38,938 bases of DNA, taken from contig UYFQ01000380.1 in NCBI GenBank assembly GCA_900617105.1, positions 1-38,938 of the forward strand, read 5' to 3'. Made by a program: the position numbers and the translations under genes. Below the pieces are notes generated by a model. It had not been told where the DNA came from. It made no database searches and saw only the letters and a program-made list of their open reading frames with translations. Position 1 is the first letter of the stretch. Every line of letters begins with the position of its first letter. Below are positions 13,875 to 25,685 of the stretch, in pieces. This stretch comes from Hydrurus foetidus. Its lineage: Eukaryota.

Positions 13875-15368
13875 GTGAGAGGAAAATGATGCGTCAAAAG
13901 TGTTTTCTTCATTCTCCATTCTTATTTCATCGGTACGTAAACTTTCCTCTTTTTCCTCGTCTTCATTTTCACCTATGTCTTCTACCCCCTCTTGTCCAAT
14001 TAAATTATTTAATATGATTATGTGTGCAGGTATAGTAGGCTCAATTGCAAATTCATCATTTGTCTTACGGATGTGCACAGAACAGTTTGATGTATGTTTA
14101 GTATACCAATTAAGTCGAACAAATTTTTTTCCACACATACAAGTTAATCGAGATAAGTCACTATTGTTTTTACTTGAACTTGATTTTGATACTTTATCAT
14201 TTTCTTCAAATGGTTCTTCATCGCTACAAGACTTAGATGAGAACGATTTTGCACTAAATGAAAGTAAATTTGTTCTTATTCCCGATGCACCAGTCTTGCT
14301 GAGTAGAGCGTTCGATAATCTTAGTTGATAAATATCTTTTGCATGAGTTCGAATAAAGCCATTTATGATAAATTTGTATAAAAATGATATCGGTGTTTCA
14401 TCTGCTGCGAGGTCCATACCTTCCTTCACTTGATCTTGTAACATAAAACATGATTCGATGAATGCCAATTGAACATTTTTTGATTTTAGTATAACTTCAT
14501 GAACTCGCTTGACGGGCTCATATGCATTGAATAGAATTAAAACATCAGTCGATAAAGACTGCATCCAAATAGCTTGGACTAACTTTATGAATACAAAATT
14601 GTCTTCTTTAGCATAGTATAATCCTTCAGAATGCTCACGAAATAGAATACACTGCGCAGGTAGATTGTAGGATAAAGCTGTGGCTGCATTAGCGTGGCGT
14701 GAAAATTCATAATATTTTTGAAATGTTTCCTTGTACTCACTTCGTAATGTATTCAAGTGAAATAGATTAAATATACGATGACCACATAAATAACCCGTAA
14801 TATCATAAATCTTGTGAAGCATAGTTTCTGAGTAAACATAAACTTTATCAGAGGACCTTTCAGTAATATAATTATCGATATCCAGCCCCCTATTAAAGTG
14901 CTGCCATTTCCAGAAATTTTTGTACACAAAATCCTCCAAGTAGCTAAAAATCAAGTTGCTGTGTTCACTAACGCTTCGATCCACTTCTTCATTTTGAGGC
15001 TCATCGAACAATGATCGAATAATCTGGAAGCAGGAAAACTTTCTTCCACAGACTTCCCGTGCTTTGTTGCGGTCACTTTCAAAAATTTTCATCATTATCT
15101 TGCCCGACTTCATCCTTTTATCGATGTCGTCTACTGTCGACTTGACGCACCTACCGTAGGCATCATAGTAACTGACTACTAATTCGTAGAGCAAATTCTG
15201 CAAGAAAAGGCAAGATGCATCGTCTGTCAAGAACTGAAGAAAAAAAGCTGTGTGAACGCTCTCACGCCCAAGGAAAAATATTTCACTCTCGAAGAGATTT
15301 TCGATAGTTCTCTCGTAGATACCTCCAGGTTGCAAGAATAAGTCGAGGTTGAAAGCCGGCAAAGTCAT
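13842..15368 (-). CDS. Accessory protein of element 1 (~508 aa from ATG 15368), unknown function, C-terminal C2HC zinc-finger-like motif and acidic tail
   Basis: Long intronless ORF, clearly homologous to 24011-25480 (shared KIYDITGYLCG, HSEGLY, LSTDVLILFN, LLSKTGASGIRT). Motif CMCGKKFVRLNWYTKHTSNC. The start was chosen by alignment with the paralogue; the ORF is open back to 15473. Confidence 0.88.
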   Translation of the reverse strand: MTLPAFNLDLFLQPGGIYERTIENLFESEIFFLGRESVHTAFFLQFLTDDASCLFLQNLLYELVVSYYDAYGRCVKSTVDDIDKRMKSGKIMMKIFESDRNKAREVCGRKFSCFQIIRSLFDEPQNEEVDRSVSEHSNLIFSYLEDFVYKNFWKWQHFNRGLDIDNYITERSSDKVYVYSETMLHKIYDITGYLCGHRIFNLFHLNTLRSEYKETFQKYYEFSRHANAATALSYNLPAQCILFREHSEGLYYAKEDNFVFIKLVQAIWMQSLSTDVLILFNAYEPVKRVHEVILKSKNVQLAFIESCFMLQDQVKEGMDLAADETPISFLYKFIINGFIRTHAKDIYQLRLSNALLSKTGASGIRTNLLSFSAKSFSSKSCSDEEPFEENDKVSKSSSSKNNSDLSRLTCMCGKKFVRLNWYTKHTSNCSVHIRKTNDEFAIEPTIPAHIIILNNLIGQEGVEDIGENEDEEKEESLRTDEIRMENEENTFDASFSSHLMIDATDNSY

Positions 15369-15534
15369 TGCAATAGAATGGAGAATGCTTGGTTGTGTCG
15401 TGTTCGCAACACCGTTCGCTGAAGTAAAAGTTGAACTGAGATCGGAGATGAGTGAACATCCAAGTTGGATCACCGCTCACCGCTTTTGGGTTTTTCATTT
15501 TTTGGAAAAATAGGCGAGGTGAGGATTCCGCTTG

Positions 15535-15541
15535 GTGGAAG
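15535..15541 (+). other. Left 7-bp target-site duplication (GTGGAAG) of element 2
   Basis: Identical to 25679-25685; both copies abut the TIRs exactly. Confidence 0.9.
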
Positions 15542-15603
15542 CAAGGGGCTATAAAAGGAGAGGGGACGGTTTCACTGGTGGGCCCACTCAAAAAAATTCT
15601 CAC
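15542..15603 (+). repeat. Left TIR of element 2
   Basis: caaggggctataaaaggagaggggacggtttcactggtgggcccactcaaaaaaattctcac matches the reverse complement of 25618-25678 (caagggggtattaaaggagaggggacggtttcaccggtggatcccgctaaaaaaaactcac). Confidence 0.9.
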
Positions 15604-16614
15604 AACCGTCTCACCCAAGTTTGAAATACCAAGTTAATTATGGGTGATCGATGTCACCATCATATACATATTAACCAGTTTGTCACGCACGACAACATAA
15701 CAATGGGTTTACCAGCTGGGATTTCAGCAACGGTACCAAGTCACTAGTATCCAGCGCTGCTGCACAGAGGTATCGCTTTTTGAAGCCTTGCAAAATCTAT
15801 TCGATGCTTTCATCACTCCCAGATGTCAGCTGAAAAAATAAAAATTCTTGCCCAACAAAATTATGGGCGCAAATTTTGCGCAATTTGATGAGGCTATCCA
15901 CCAATGATTTTGCCGAAGTTTGCGCCCATATAAATAAAAATTGAGTAACTTATAGCATTTTCCACATTTGTCACGCCACAAAAACTTCTGCAGCATGCTC
16001 TCTGATTCTAATGAAGCTCTTTACCCTTCTCGAACAGGCTAATGACCAGCTTTGCTGAAATGTTGGGGATGTTTCAAAAATGCTTGAACGCATATTTAAT
16101 TCGTAACCCCCAAAGTGGGACAGCTGTGTCCGGTCAGCCGGGAATGGTGAAACTTCTGCATTTACTGTATCCATTTTATCAAGGTAAAACGACATGCCCA
16201 TCACCAAATTAGTTGAATTGTGTCTCTGTGAAATATGATTGAACTGTTTCCGTGAAACATGATTGTCATGTCGGTCATGATCACATCAGTTGGAAAAGAG
16301 ATATGATTTTTGAATCCTATCAAATTTCGGTTTTTGTCACACTAACTGGTGTCCAATCATTTAATCTGAAACAAACTAGGTGCAACGCTCGTAAAGTTTT
16401 CCAAAAAACTGAAGCAACTGTATCGCAAATCAAGGATCAAAATGATTTTTGACTTTTCGTCAGTGTCATTATACTCGAGTAGAAATCCGGGTGAGGTTGA
16501 GGTCTCATTCCGGTATGGGGTACTACTGGACTTAAAAGAAATTAAAATTTCTGACTATCCTCCTGAAGAAAACTTTTTCAAAAATGTAATCCAATTTTTC
16601 GTTGCTTATTATCA

Positions 16615-19600
16615 AGAGAATGTTTCTCATATTGCAATTATTTGTTTGATCAATATTATACGGATTATTGGGTATTTTCGTATTCTAAAGTACACCTTTT
16701 TAGATGATATTTCTGACTCTCTTTATTTACATTTTAAATCGTGATAACAGACATCTTCTGTTATCAATGGACTGGATACACCTTATACTCCATTGCATTC
16801 AAGCGAGCATGTAAGTATGCATTTATTTCTTTTTATTCGGGTCATACCGGTATCTACAGTATTGATACATAATGTTGTCATTTTTAGTATGATAAGAATC
16901 GTGAAATTAAAAATATTTTTTATTTTTTTTATTTTCGTATCCTATCATATAGAGAATGTTTCTCATATTGCAATTATTTGTTTGATCAATATTATACGGA
17001 TTATTGGGTATTTTCGTATTCTAAAGTACACCTTTTTAGATGATATTTCTGACTCTCTTTATTTACATTTTAAATCGTGATAACAGACATCTTCTGTTAT
17101 CAATGGACTGAATACACCTTATACTCCATTGCATTCAAGCGAGCATGTAAGTATGCATTTATTTCTTTTTATTCGGGTCATACCGGTATCTACAGTATTG
17201 ATACATAATGTTGTCATTTTTAGTATGATAAGAATCGTGAAATTAAAAATATTTTTATTTTTTTATTTTTGTTTCCTATCATATAGAGAATGTTTCTCAT
17301 ATTGCAATTATTTGTTTGATCAATATTATACGGATTATTGGGTATTTTCGTATTCTAAAGTACACCTTTTTAGATGATATTTCTGACTCTCTTTATTTAC
17401 ATTTTAAATCGTGATAACAGACATCTTCTGTTATCAATGGACTGGATACACCTTATACTCCATTGCATTCAAGCGAGCATGTAAGTATGCATTTATTTCT
17501 TTTTATTCGGGTCATACCGGTATCTACAGTATTGATACATAATGTTGTCATTTTTAGTATGATAAGAATCGTGAAATTAAAAATATTTTTATTTTTTATT
17601 TTTTGTTTCCTATCATATAGAGAATGTTTCTCATATTGCAATTATTTGTTTGATCAATATTATACGGATTATTGGGTATTTTCGTATTCTAAAGTACACC
17701 TTTTTAGATGATATTTCTGACTCTCTTTATTTACATTTTAAATCGTGATAACAGACATCTTCTGTTATCAATGGACTGGATACACCTTATACTCCATTGC
17801 ATTCAAGCGAGCATGTAAGTATGCATTTATTTCTTTTTATTCGGGTCATACCGGTATCTACAGTATTGATACATAATGTTGTCATTTTTAGTATGATAAG
17901 AATCGTGAAATTAAAAATATTTTTTATTTTTTTTATTTTTGTTTCCTATCATATAGAGAATGTTTCTCATATTGCAATTATTTGTTTGATCAATATTATA
18001 CGGATTATTGGGTATTTTCGTATTCTAAAGTACACCTTTTTAGATGATATTTCTGACTCTCTTTATTTACATTTTAAATCGTGATAACAGACATCTTCTG
18101 TTATCAATGGACTGGATACACCTTATACTCCATTGCATTCAAGCGAGCATGTAAGTATGCATTTATTTCTTTTTATTCGGGTCATACCGGTATCTACAGT
18201 ATTGATACATAATGTTGTCATTTTTAGTATGATAAGAATCGTGAAATTAAAAATATTTTTTATTTTTTTATTTTTGTTTCCTATCATATAGAGAATGTTT
18301 CTCATATTGCAATTATTTGTTTGATCAATATTATACGGATTATTGGGTATTTTCGTATTCTAAAGTACACCTTTTTAGATGATATTTCTGACTCTCTTTA
18401 TTTACATTTTAAATCGTGATAACAGACATCTTCTGTTATCAATGGACTGGATACACCTTACACTCCATTGCATTCAAGCGAGCATGTAAGTATGCATTTA
18501 TTTCTTTTTATTCGGGTCATACCGGTATCTACAGTATTGATACATAATGTTGACATTTTTAGTATGATAAGAATCGTGAAATTAAAATATTTTTTATTTT
18601 TTTATTTTTGTTTCCTATCATATAGAGAATGTTTCTCATATTGCAATTATTTGTTTGATCAATATTATACGGATTATTGGGTATTTTCGTATTCTAAAGT
18701 ACACCTTTTTAGATGATATTTCTGACTCTCTTTATTTACATTTTAAATCGTGATAACAGACATCTTCTGTTATCAATGGACTGGATACACCTTATACTCC
18801 ATTGCATTCAAGCGAGCATGTAAGTATGCATTTATTTCTTTTTATTCGGGTCATACCGGTATCTACAGTATTGATACATAATGTTGTCATTTTAGTATGA
18901 TAAGAATCGTGAAATTAAAATATTTTTTATTTTTTATTTTTGTTTCCTATCATATAGAGAATGTTTCTCATATTGCAATTATTTGTTTGATCAATATTAT
19001 ACGGATTATTGGGTATTTTCGTATTCTAAAGTACACCTTTTTAGATGATATTTCTGACTCTCTTTATTTACATTTTAAATCGTGATAACAGACATCTTCT
19101 GTTATCAATGGACTGGATACACCTTATACTCCATTGCATTCAAGCGAGCATGTAAGTATGCATTTATTTCTTTTTATTCGGGTCATACCGGTATCTACAG
19201 TATTGATACATAATGTTGTCATTTTTAGTATGATAAGAATCGTGAAATTAAAATATTTTTTTATTTTTTATTTTTGTTTCCTATCATATAGAGAATGTTT
19301 CTCATATTGCAATTATTTGTTTGATCAATATTATACGGATTATTGGGTATTTTCGTATTCTAAAGTACACCTTTTTAGATGATATTTCTGACTCTCTTTA
19401 TTTACATTTTAAATCGTGATAACAGACATCTTCTGTTATCAATGGACTGGATACACCTTACACTCCATTGCATTCAAGCGAGCTTGTAAGTATGCATTTA
19501 TTTCTTTTTATTCGGGTCATACCGGTATCTACAGTATTGATACATAATGTTGTCATTTTAGTATGATAAGAATCGTGAAATTAAAAATATTTTTTATTTT

Positions 19601-21072
19601 TTTATTTTTGTTTCCTATCATATAGAGAATGTTTCTCATATTGCAATTATTTGTTTGATCAATATTATACGGATTATTGGGTATTTTCGTATTCTAAAGT
19701 ACACCTTTTTAGATGATATTTCTGACTCTCTTTATTTACATTTTAAATCGTGATAACAGACATCTTCTGTTATCAATGGACTGGATACACCTTATACTCC
19801 ATTGCATTCAAGCGAGCATGTAAGTATGCATTTATTTCTTTTTATTCGGGTCATACCGGTATCTACAGTATTGATACATAATGTTGTCATTTTTAGTATG
19901 ATAAGAATCGTGAAATTAAAAATATTTTTTATTTTTTATTTTGTTTCCTATCATATAGAGAATGTTTCTCATATTGCAATTATTTGTTTGATCAATATTA
20001 TACGGATTATTGGGTATTTTCTTATTCTAAAGTACACCTTTTTAGATGATATTTCTGACTCTCTTTATTTACATTTTAAATCGTGATAACAGACATCTTC
20101 TGTTATCAATGGACTGGATACACCTTACACTCCATTGCATTCAAGCGAGCATGTAAGTATGCATTTATTTCTTTTTATTCGGGTCATACCGGTATCTACA
20201 GTATTGATACATAATGTTGTCATTTTTAGTATGATAAGAATCGTGAAATTAAAATATTTTTATTTTTTTATTTTCGTATCCTATCATATAGAGAATGTTT
20301 CTCATATTGCAATTATTTGTTTGATCAATATTATACGGATTATTGGGTATTTTCGTATTCTAAAGTACACCTTTTTAGATGATATTTCTGACTCTCTTTA
20401 TTTACATTTTAAATCGTGATAACAGACATCTTCTGTTATCAATGGACTGGATACACCTTACACTCCATTGCATTCAAGCGAGCATGTAAGTATGCATTTA
20501 TTTCTTTTTATTCGGGTCATACCGGTATCTACAGTATTGATACATAATGTTGTCATTTTTAGTATGATAAGAATCGTGAAATTAAAAATATTTTTTATTT
20601 TTTTTATTTTCGTATCCTATCATATAGAGAATGTTTCTCATATTGCAATTATTTGTTTGATCAATATTATACGGATTATTGGGTATTTTCTTATTCTAAA
20701 GTACACCTTTTTAGATGATATTTCTGACTCTCTTTATTTACATTTTAAATCGTGATAACAGACATCTTCTGTTATCAATGGACTGGATACACCTTATACT
20801 CCATTGCATTCAAGCGAGCATGTAAGTATGCATTTATTTCTTTTTATTCGGGTCATACCGGTATCTACAGTATTGATACATAATGTTGTCATTTTTAGTA
20901 TGATAAGAATCGTGAAATTAAAAATATTTTTATTTTTTATTTTCGTATCCTATCATATAGAGAATGTTTCTCATATTGCAATTATTTGTTTGATCAATAT
21001 TATACGGATTATTGGGTATTTTCGTATTCTAAAGTACACCTTTTTAGATGATATTTCTGACTCTCTTTATTT
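16615..21072. repeat. Tandem array B, AT-rich ~334-bp monomer, about 13.3 copies; internal to element 2
   Basis: agagaatgtttctcatattgcaatt... recurs every 333-336 bp, with variation mostly in a T-rich homopolymer stretch. The array ends ~25 bp before the transposase ORF. Confidence 0.99.
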
Positions 21073-21096
21073 TCACCTCGTATCACGTCGTATCAG

Positions 21097-23950
21097 ATGA
21101 TTTCTGATGACTTTGACGATCATTTGAATGGTATCTGCATGACATCCTCAAGTTATCCGTGTTATGGGGTGACATCTATTCAATTGAATTCTGACTTGTT
21201 AGTTCAGAGCCAACAAAATTATAATGACCTATTACAAGATAATATAAATTATTCGAGGTACTGCCCAGTCTTATTGTCTTTAAAAAATCAATCGAAAAGC
21301 GTGATTCGAATACACGGACTTATGGGATTTTTTTATCCTCGTAAAAATAAAGAACTAGATGCATCAAATGAGCATGTGCGAAAACCATCATCATTCTACT
21401 ACTCAATGAATAGAGGCAAGAATGAGTTTGCTGTCCAATCATACAATTGTGCAAAAAATACTAACGTTTCTAATGACAAATATAAACCATGCTTAGACTG
21501 TAAAAATAATTGGAGATCATTTAGAAATAAGACTGCAGTTAAATACTTAAAAGAGTCAAGTCATAAGAAAATATTAAAAAATGAAGAAAAAAAATACATA
21601 TCTCTTAACGACGAATTTCAGGAGCATATCAAAAGCAATAAATTAAAATGGATATCTATAAACAAAAAAATGAATAAACTTTTCAAACGTGTTTCGTATT
21701 GGAAAAATAAATTTAAAAATCTGGAAGCGGCTGTCTCACAGTGGCGCAAAATAGAGAAAGAAAGAAATGGGTTCATAACAGTCAATGAAGATGAATCATC
21801 TCTATGGACGAAATTTTACGAGTTTATAGATAAGCAAATCGATAAAGAACATCACGCAAATGAGGAAATGAGAGAGTTGCATAAAGAATTGGTTAGAACT
21901 GAAATTTCGACGTTAGGTAAATTCAATACCTGTAATGATAAAAGGGGCATAAGAACAACAAAAATATCCTCCCGAATATTAAACTATTCAATGTCATTAG
22001 CAAATAGCATGGGAAAAGCTAGATATGAAAATGAAGCTACACTGCGTTCTCTCCCAACATGGGATACAATATCTAGGTAAGATATTTTTCTCAATTATCT
22101 CCATCATGAAGAGAAACGAAATTTGTATCAAAAATTGTTATCTTCAAAAGTCCTATTTTAAATTTACAGGCACAAATCACTGATGACTTGTGAAGTAGGA
22201 GTTCAATGGAAAAATTTGATCCTTGCATCCAAACAAGCAAAAGAAGATGATGTAAGAAACAAAGACTATTGTGCCCTTTTAATGGACGAAATGATCATAA
22301 CAAATGGAATAATGTATTCAGTGTCACAGCAAAAAGTTTACGGACTCGCAGAAATGCCAAGTCATGGCATAAACAACGAAATTTATCATGATTTTTACAG
22401 AATGAATTGCAATGAAACCGTTGTGGAAGATATGTCGCGAATGACGTACTTTGACGAAACATCCAACAAATTAAGCGGTCACACAGCAACTGGCTTGACA
22501 CAGGTATTCATATTACGATCATACAATTACTGTTGCTGTACAATCATCTAACGCGAATCATTACTAATTATCATATTAGGTTCGCCTAGTGAGTCTTGCA
22601 GGAAAGCAACTTGACTACTGTGTATATCAATGTTTCACATCAACAATGAGTACCATGGATATTTATTCCGTAATATCAAAAAGTCTATTAGCTACATCAA
22701 TGTTACGGTTTAATATTATAGCAATAATAGGAGACGGAGCGCAATGTAATAGACAATTTCAAAACAGATTTTTTGATAAAGTCATAAAAAAAGACGAAAT
22801 TATATACGATCACCTAATGCCTCATAGAGTAACTGAAAAACCAATATTCTATATATCTGATCCTTCCCACATGATCAAAAAAATAGTTTCGAGTCTATCA
22901 AGTAACAATAGAAATATTAAAAAAGTTGTTGAAGGAAATATTCGTAATCTATCTCTTTCTTCCATGATGGTGTTGTGGATGTCATTTAATAATCATTCTG
23001 GTTTAAATGAGCATAATGATTTTAAAATGACAGATTTCGTAAAAAATAGTTTCCAGGCTATTCGAGTCGGACCGTGCATAAAGGTATGCATTGAATATAT
23101 TATTTTTTACTTCATCGATGATTTAAATAATTTCTAAATCACGTAAACTAAAATGTAGGTACTTGGACCGAAAATGATAGCTATGATTGACAGAGCTTTA
23201 CTTTATAAACAAAGATATGCCGAACATAAAGAATCATCTCCATTTGTGACAAATCCGTATGAAAAATTCAAAAATGCTGAACAATATATGGAATGGAGAG
23301 AAGTATGTATTTGGTTCACAGGACTATTCGAAATTCTAAATTCAACTCAAAATCGGTTAGGCATAGGTGAAAACAGCCATAATCTAAAATTCCTAAAAAA
23401 ATTCTTGGAGTGGTTTGAAATCTGGAAATGTGAATGCATTGAAAGACAACTAAAAATATTACCTGTAAATTCTACATCATATCAAAGAATGACCGGTTTT
23501 TTTACGAGTGAAGCATCTGACGACTGTACGACTATGATTAAGGCAATGATACAAATGACTGAATTCTACTGTTGTAGACAAACTTCTAATACGCCACTGT
23601 ATTTCTTACCGAGAAGAATAAGTCAGGATTTAGTTGAGAATGGGTTTTCTAAAATAAGGCTAGCGATTGGACATGGTAGACTTGACCATAGAACAACTGC
23701 AGCTGCTTGCGTGAAGGTTAACTTAGTTAAAGAAATTAACACGAAGAATAGGAATGTGAAGAAAAGAAACGCGAGTGGTTGTCAATTGGATATAAATGTC
23801 CCAGAAAATAAAATACAAGACAGCCCCTGTACTGAGTATGCGACACTTCTAATTGATGAGGCCAGAAAAAGAAAGAGTATCTATTTTAAGAAGGTAAATC
23901 CTTATATATGGACTGAAACGAATGGTCTAAAACATATGAATTTTTTTTGA
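21097..23950 (+). CDS. P-element/THAP9-like DDE transposase of element 2; exons 21097-22076, 22170-22503, 22580-23083, 23159-23950 (869 aa if it starts at ATG 21097)
   Basis: Motifs LLMDEM, IIGDGA, YISDPSH and RRISQDLVENGFSKIR. Three GT-AG introns give a continuous frame colinear with the element 1 transposase. ATG 21097 is directly preceded by CAG, so an upstream exon is possible. Confidence 0.92.
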
Positions 23951-24010
23951 GTCAATGCTACTAGAAATCTATTTAATTACATACATTATTAGATGTAAAA
24001 TAAAATTAAG

Positions 24011-25480
24011 CTACTCTTCGTCCACAATACAAGACACAAATTTTGAATCAAAAATGTTCTCTTTCTCCTGTAAAAATATTTCAAAATCATTCATAGCTTG
24101 TATATCGCTATCACATGAAAAGTCACCCAAATCTTGAAGACCTTCATTTTCAAGTAGATTATCTAAAATAACCGACGAATTATCAACAGGAATATGATCA
24201 GACGATGTATTATTTGTATTAATGTATATGGAACATGATATGATATGCCTCGCTAGCCACCCATTCCCAGTGAATTCTCTTCCGCAGGGACAGGAGTAAT
24301 TGTCAATAGTGACAGCTTGTGCTGTTGTAGTGTTACTAGTTGTTACATTTTTTTTCTTTTGCGCCTCTGCACTTAAAGTTAATAAAGCTGTTCTTATTCC
24401 TGATGCACCTGTTTTACTTAAGAGAACATTTGATAGTCGATGTTGATATATGTCTTTGGAATACACTCTTATGAAACCTTGTACTAAAAATTGATATAAG
24501 TAGCATATTGGAGATTTATCAACAGCGAGATTTACATCAACATCAAATATGTTAGGCAACATGTAACAAGATTGTTTGAATAATTTTTGAACTGTTGTTG
24601 AATTTAGTATCAACTTATGAACGAGTTTTACGGGTTCAGATGAGTTAAATAGTATAAGAACATCAGTTGATAAACATTGCATAAATATTGCCTGCATAAT
24701 TTTTATGAAATTGAAGTTTCCTTCACGTGCAAAATAAAGGCCCTCAGAATGCTGACGAAATAGCAAAAATTGAGCTGGTAACTTATCTTCAATTGCCATG
24801 CAACCATTTGGATATCTAGAATGAGTGTAGTATTCATTAAATAAGTATCGATATTCGGACTTGAGCCTATTAAAGTGCATTAAATTGTACAGTCGCGCTC
24901 CACATAAATATCCAGTTATGTCATAAATTTTATCGAGCATAATGGGTGAAAATTTGTAGTCCTCATCATTAGGTCTCTCCCTTATGAAATTTGAAACATG
25001 CAGGCCCTTAGATGAGTGTAACCACTTCCAATAATTTTCATATAGATACTGCTCGATAAAACCGAATAATAAATTGACGTCCTCTTTCAAATTGACCTCA
25101 AAAGTACCGTCTTCTTCAGCACAAAGATGCTCAATAACCCCTGATAAACAGGAAAACTTTTGCCGGTATTCCTCAACCAACCCTATTCTGCTAGTCTCCA
25201 GTTTGGTGATCATAAGCTTCCCGGCACGGTGCCTTTTTTCGAGTGATCCGCTTGTGGCGGATACATGCTCACTGTAAAGACTGTGATAACCGCAGACCAA
25301 ACCAAAGAGGACAGTAATAATTTCCTGCGCATTTAATGGACTCGCCATGCACTTTAAAAAAAATTGGGTGAAAATTAGCTCTCTCTGCAAGAAAAATTCA
25401 TCACAATTATACAGCTGATCGATGGTGCATTCAAATATCCCGCCGTCGCATAGAAATTCATTTGCATCTAAACTTATCAT
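24011..25480 (-). CDS. Accessory protein of element 2 (~489 aa from ATG 25480), unknown function, C2HC zinc-finger-like motif
   Basis: Intronless ORF homologous to 13842-15368 over its whole length; motif CPCGREFTGNGWLARHIISC; acidic C-terminus. An alternative ATG lies at 25540. Confidence 0.88.
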   Translation of the reverse strand: MISLDANEFLCDGGIFECTIDQLYNCDEFFLQRELIFTQFFLKCMASPLNAQEIITVLFGLVCGYHSLYSEHVSATSGSLEKRHRAGKLMITKLETSRIGLVEEYRQKFSCLSGVIEHLCAEEDGTFEVNLKEDVNLLFGFIEQYLYENYWKWLHSSKGLHVSNFIRERPNDEDYKFSPIMLDKIYDITGYLCGARLYNLMHFNRLKSEYRYLFNEYYTHSRYPNGCMAIEDKLPAQFLLFRQHSEGLYFAREGNFNFIKIMQAIFMQCLSTDVLILFNSSEPVKLVHKLILNSTTVQKLFKQSCYMLPNIFDVDVNLAVDKSPICYLYQFLVQGFIRVYSKDIYQHRLSNVLLSKTGASGIRTALLTLSAEAQKKKNVTTSNTTTAQAVTIDNYSCPCGREFTGNGWLARHIISCSIYINTNNTSSDHIPVDNSSVILDNLLENEGLQDLGDFSCDSDIQAMNDFEIFLQEKENIFDSKFVSCIVDEE

Positions 25481-25617
25481 GACGAAGAATAAGTAGATAC
25501 GGAGCATGCATGTCCTTTGCACAATAGTGATAGAGGTCATGGTGTACGAGGGTTCATCATATCACAGTCCCAAAGGGATTTGGTAGTTCAGGTTTTTGAA
25601 TTATGAGTGAAAGGGAG

Positions 25618-25678
25618 GTGAGTTTTTTTTAGCGGGATCCACCGGTGAAACCGTCCCCTCTCCTTTAATACCCCCTTG
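25618..25678 (-). repeat. Right TIR of element 2
   Basis: Inverted match to 15542-15603; ends ...cccccttg and is followed by GTGGAAG. Confidence 0.9.
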
Positions 25679-25685
25679 GTGGAAG
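25679..25685 (+). other. Right 7-bp target-site duplication (GTGGAAG) of element 2
   Basis: Identical to 15535-15541. Confidence 0.9.

Larger units (their letters stand above)
15542..25678 (+). mobile_element. P-superfamily DNA transposon, element 2, complete (10,137 bp), nested in element 1
   Basis: Imperfect ~61-bp TIRs beginning CAAGGGG, 7-bp TSD, internal 334-bp array, intact spliced transposase and convergent accessory gene. Confidence 0.92.

Noticed and set aside
1..21072. CRISPR array interpretation of arrays A and B
   Set aside because: Monomers are near-identical along their full length with no unique spacers, there are no cas genes, and the context is eukaryotic.
16442..21100. Repeated 60-100 aa hydrophobic ORFs in array B as membrane proteins
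   Set aside because: They are by-products of T-rich repeats, and the frames shift from unit to unit with homopolymer length.
11267..25480. Simple segmental duplication of a host gene pair
   Set aside because: The copies are strongly diverged, have different arrays, and the second is bounded by TIRs and a TSD.
11267..25678. Kolobok or other superfamily assignment based on the convergent two-gene layout
   Set aside because: The transposase motifs (DEM, DGA, DPSH, SQDxxENxF), CA termini and 7-bp TSD fit the P superfamily, not the TTAA TSD of Kolobok.
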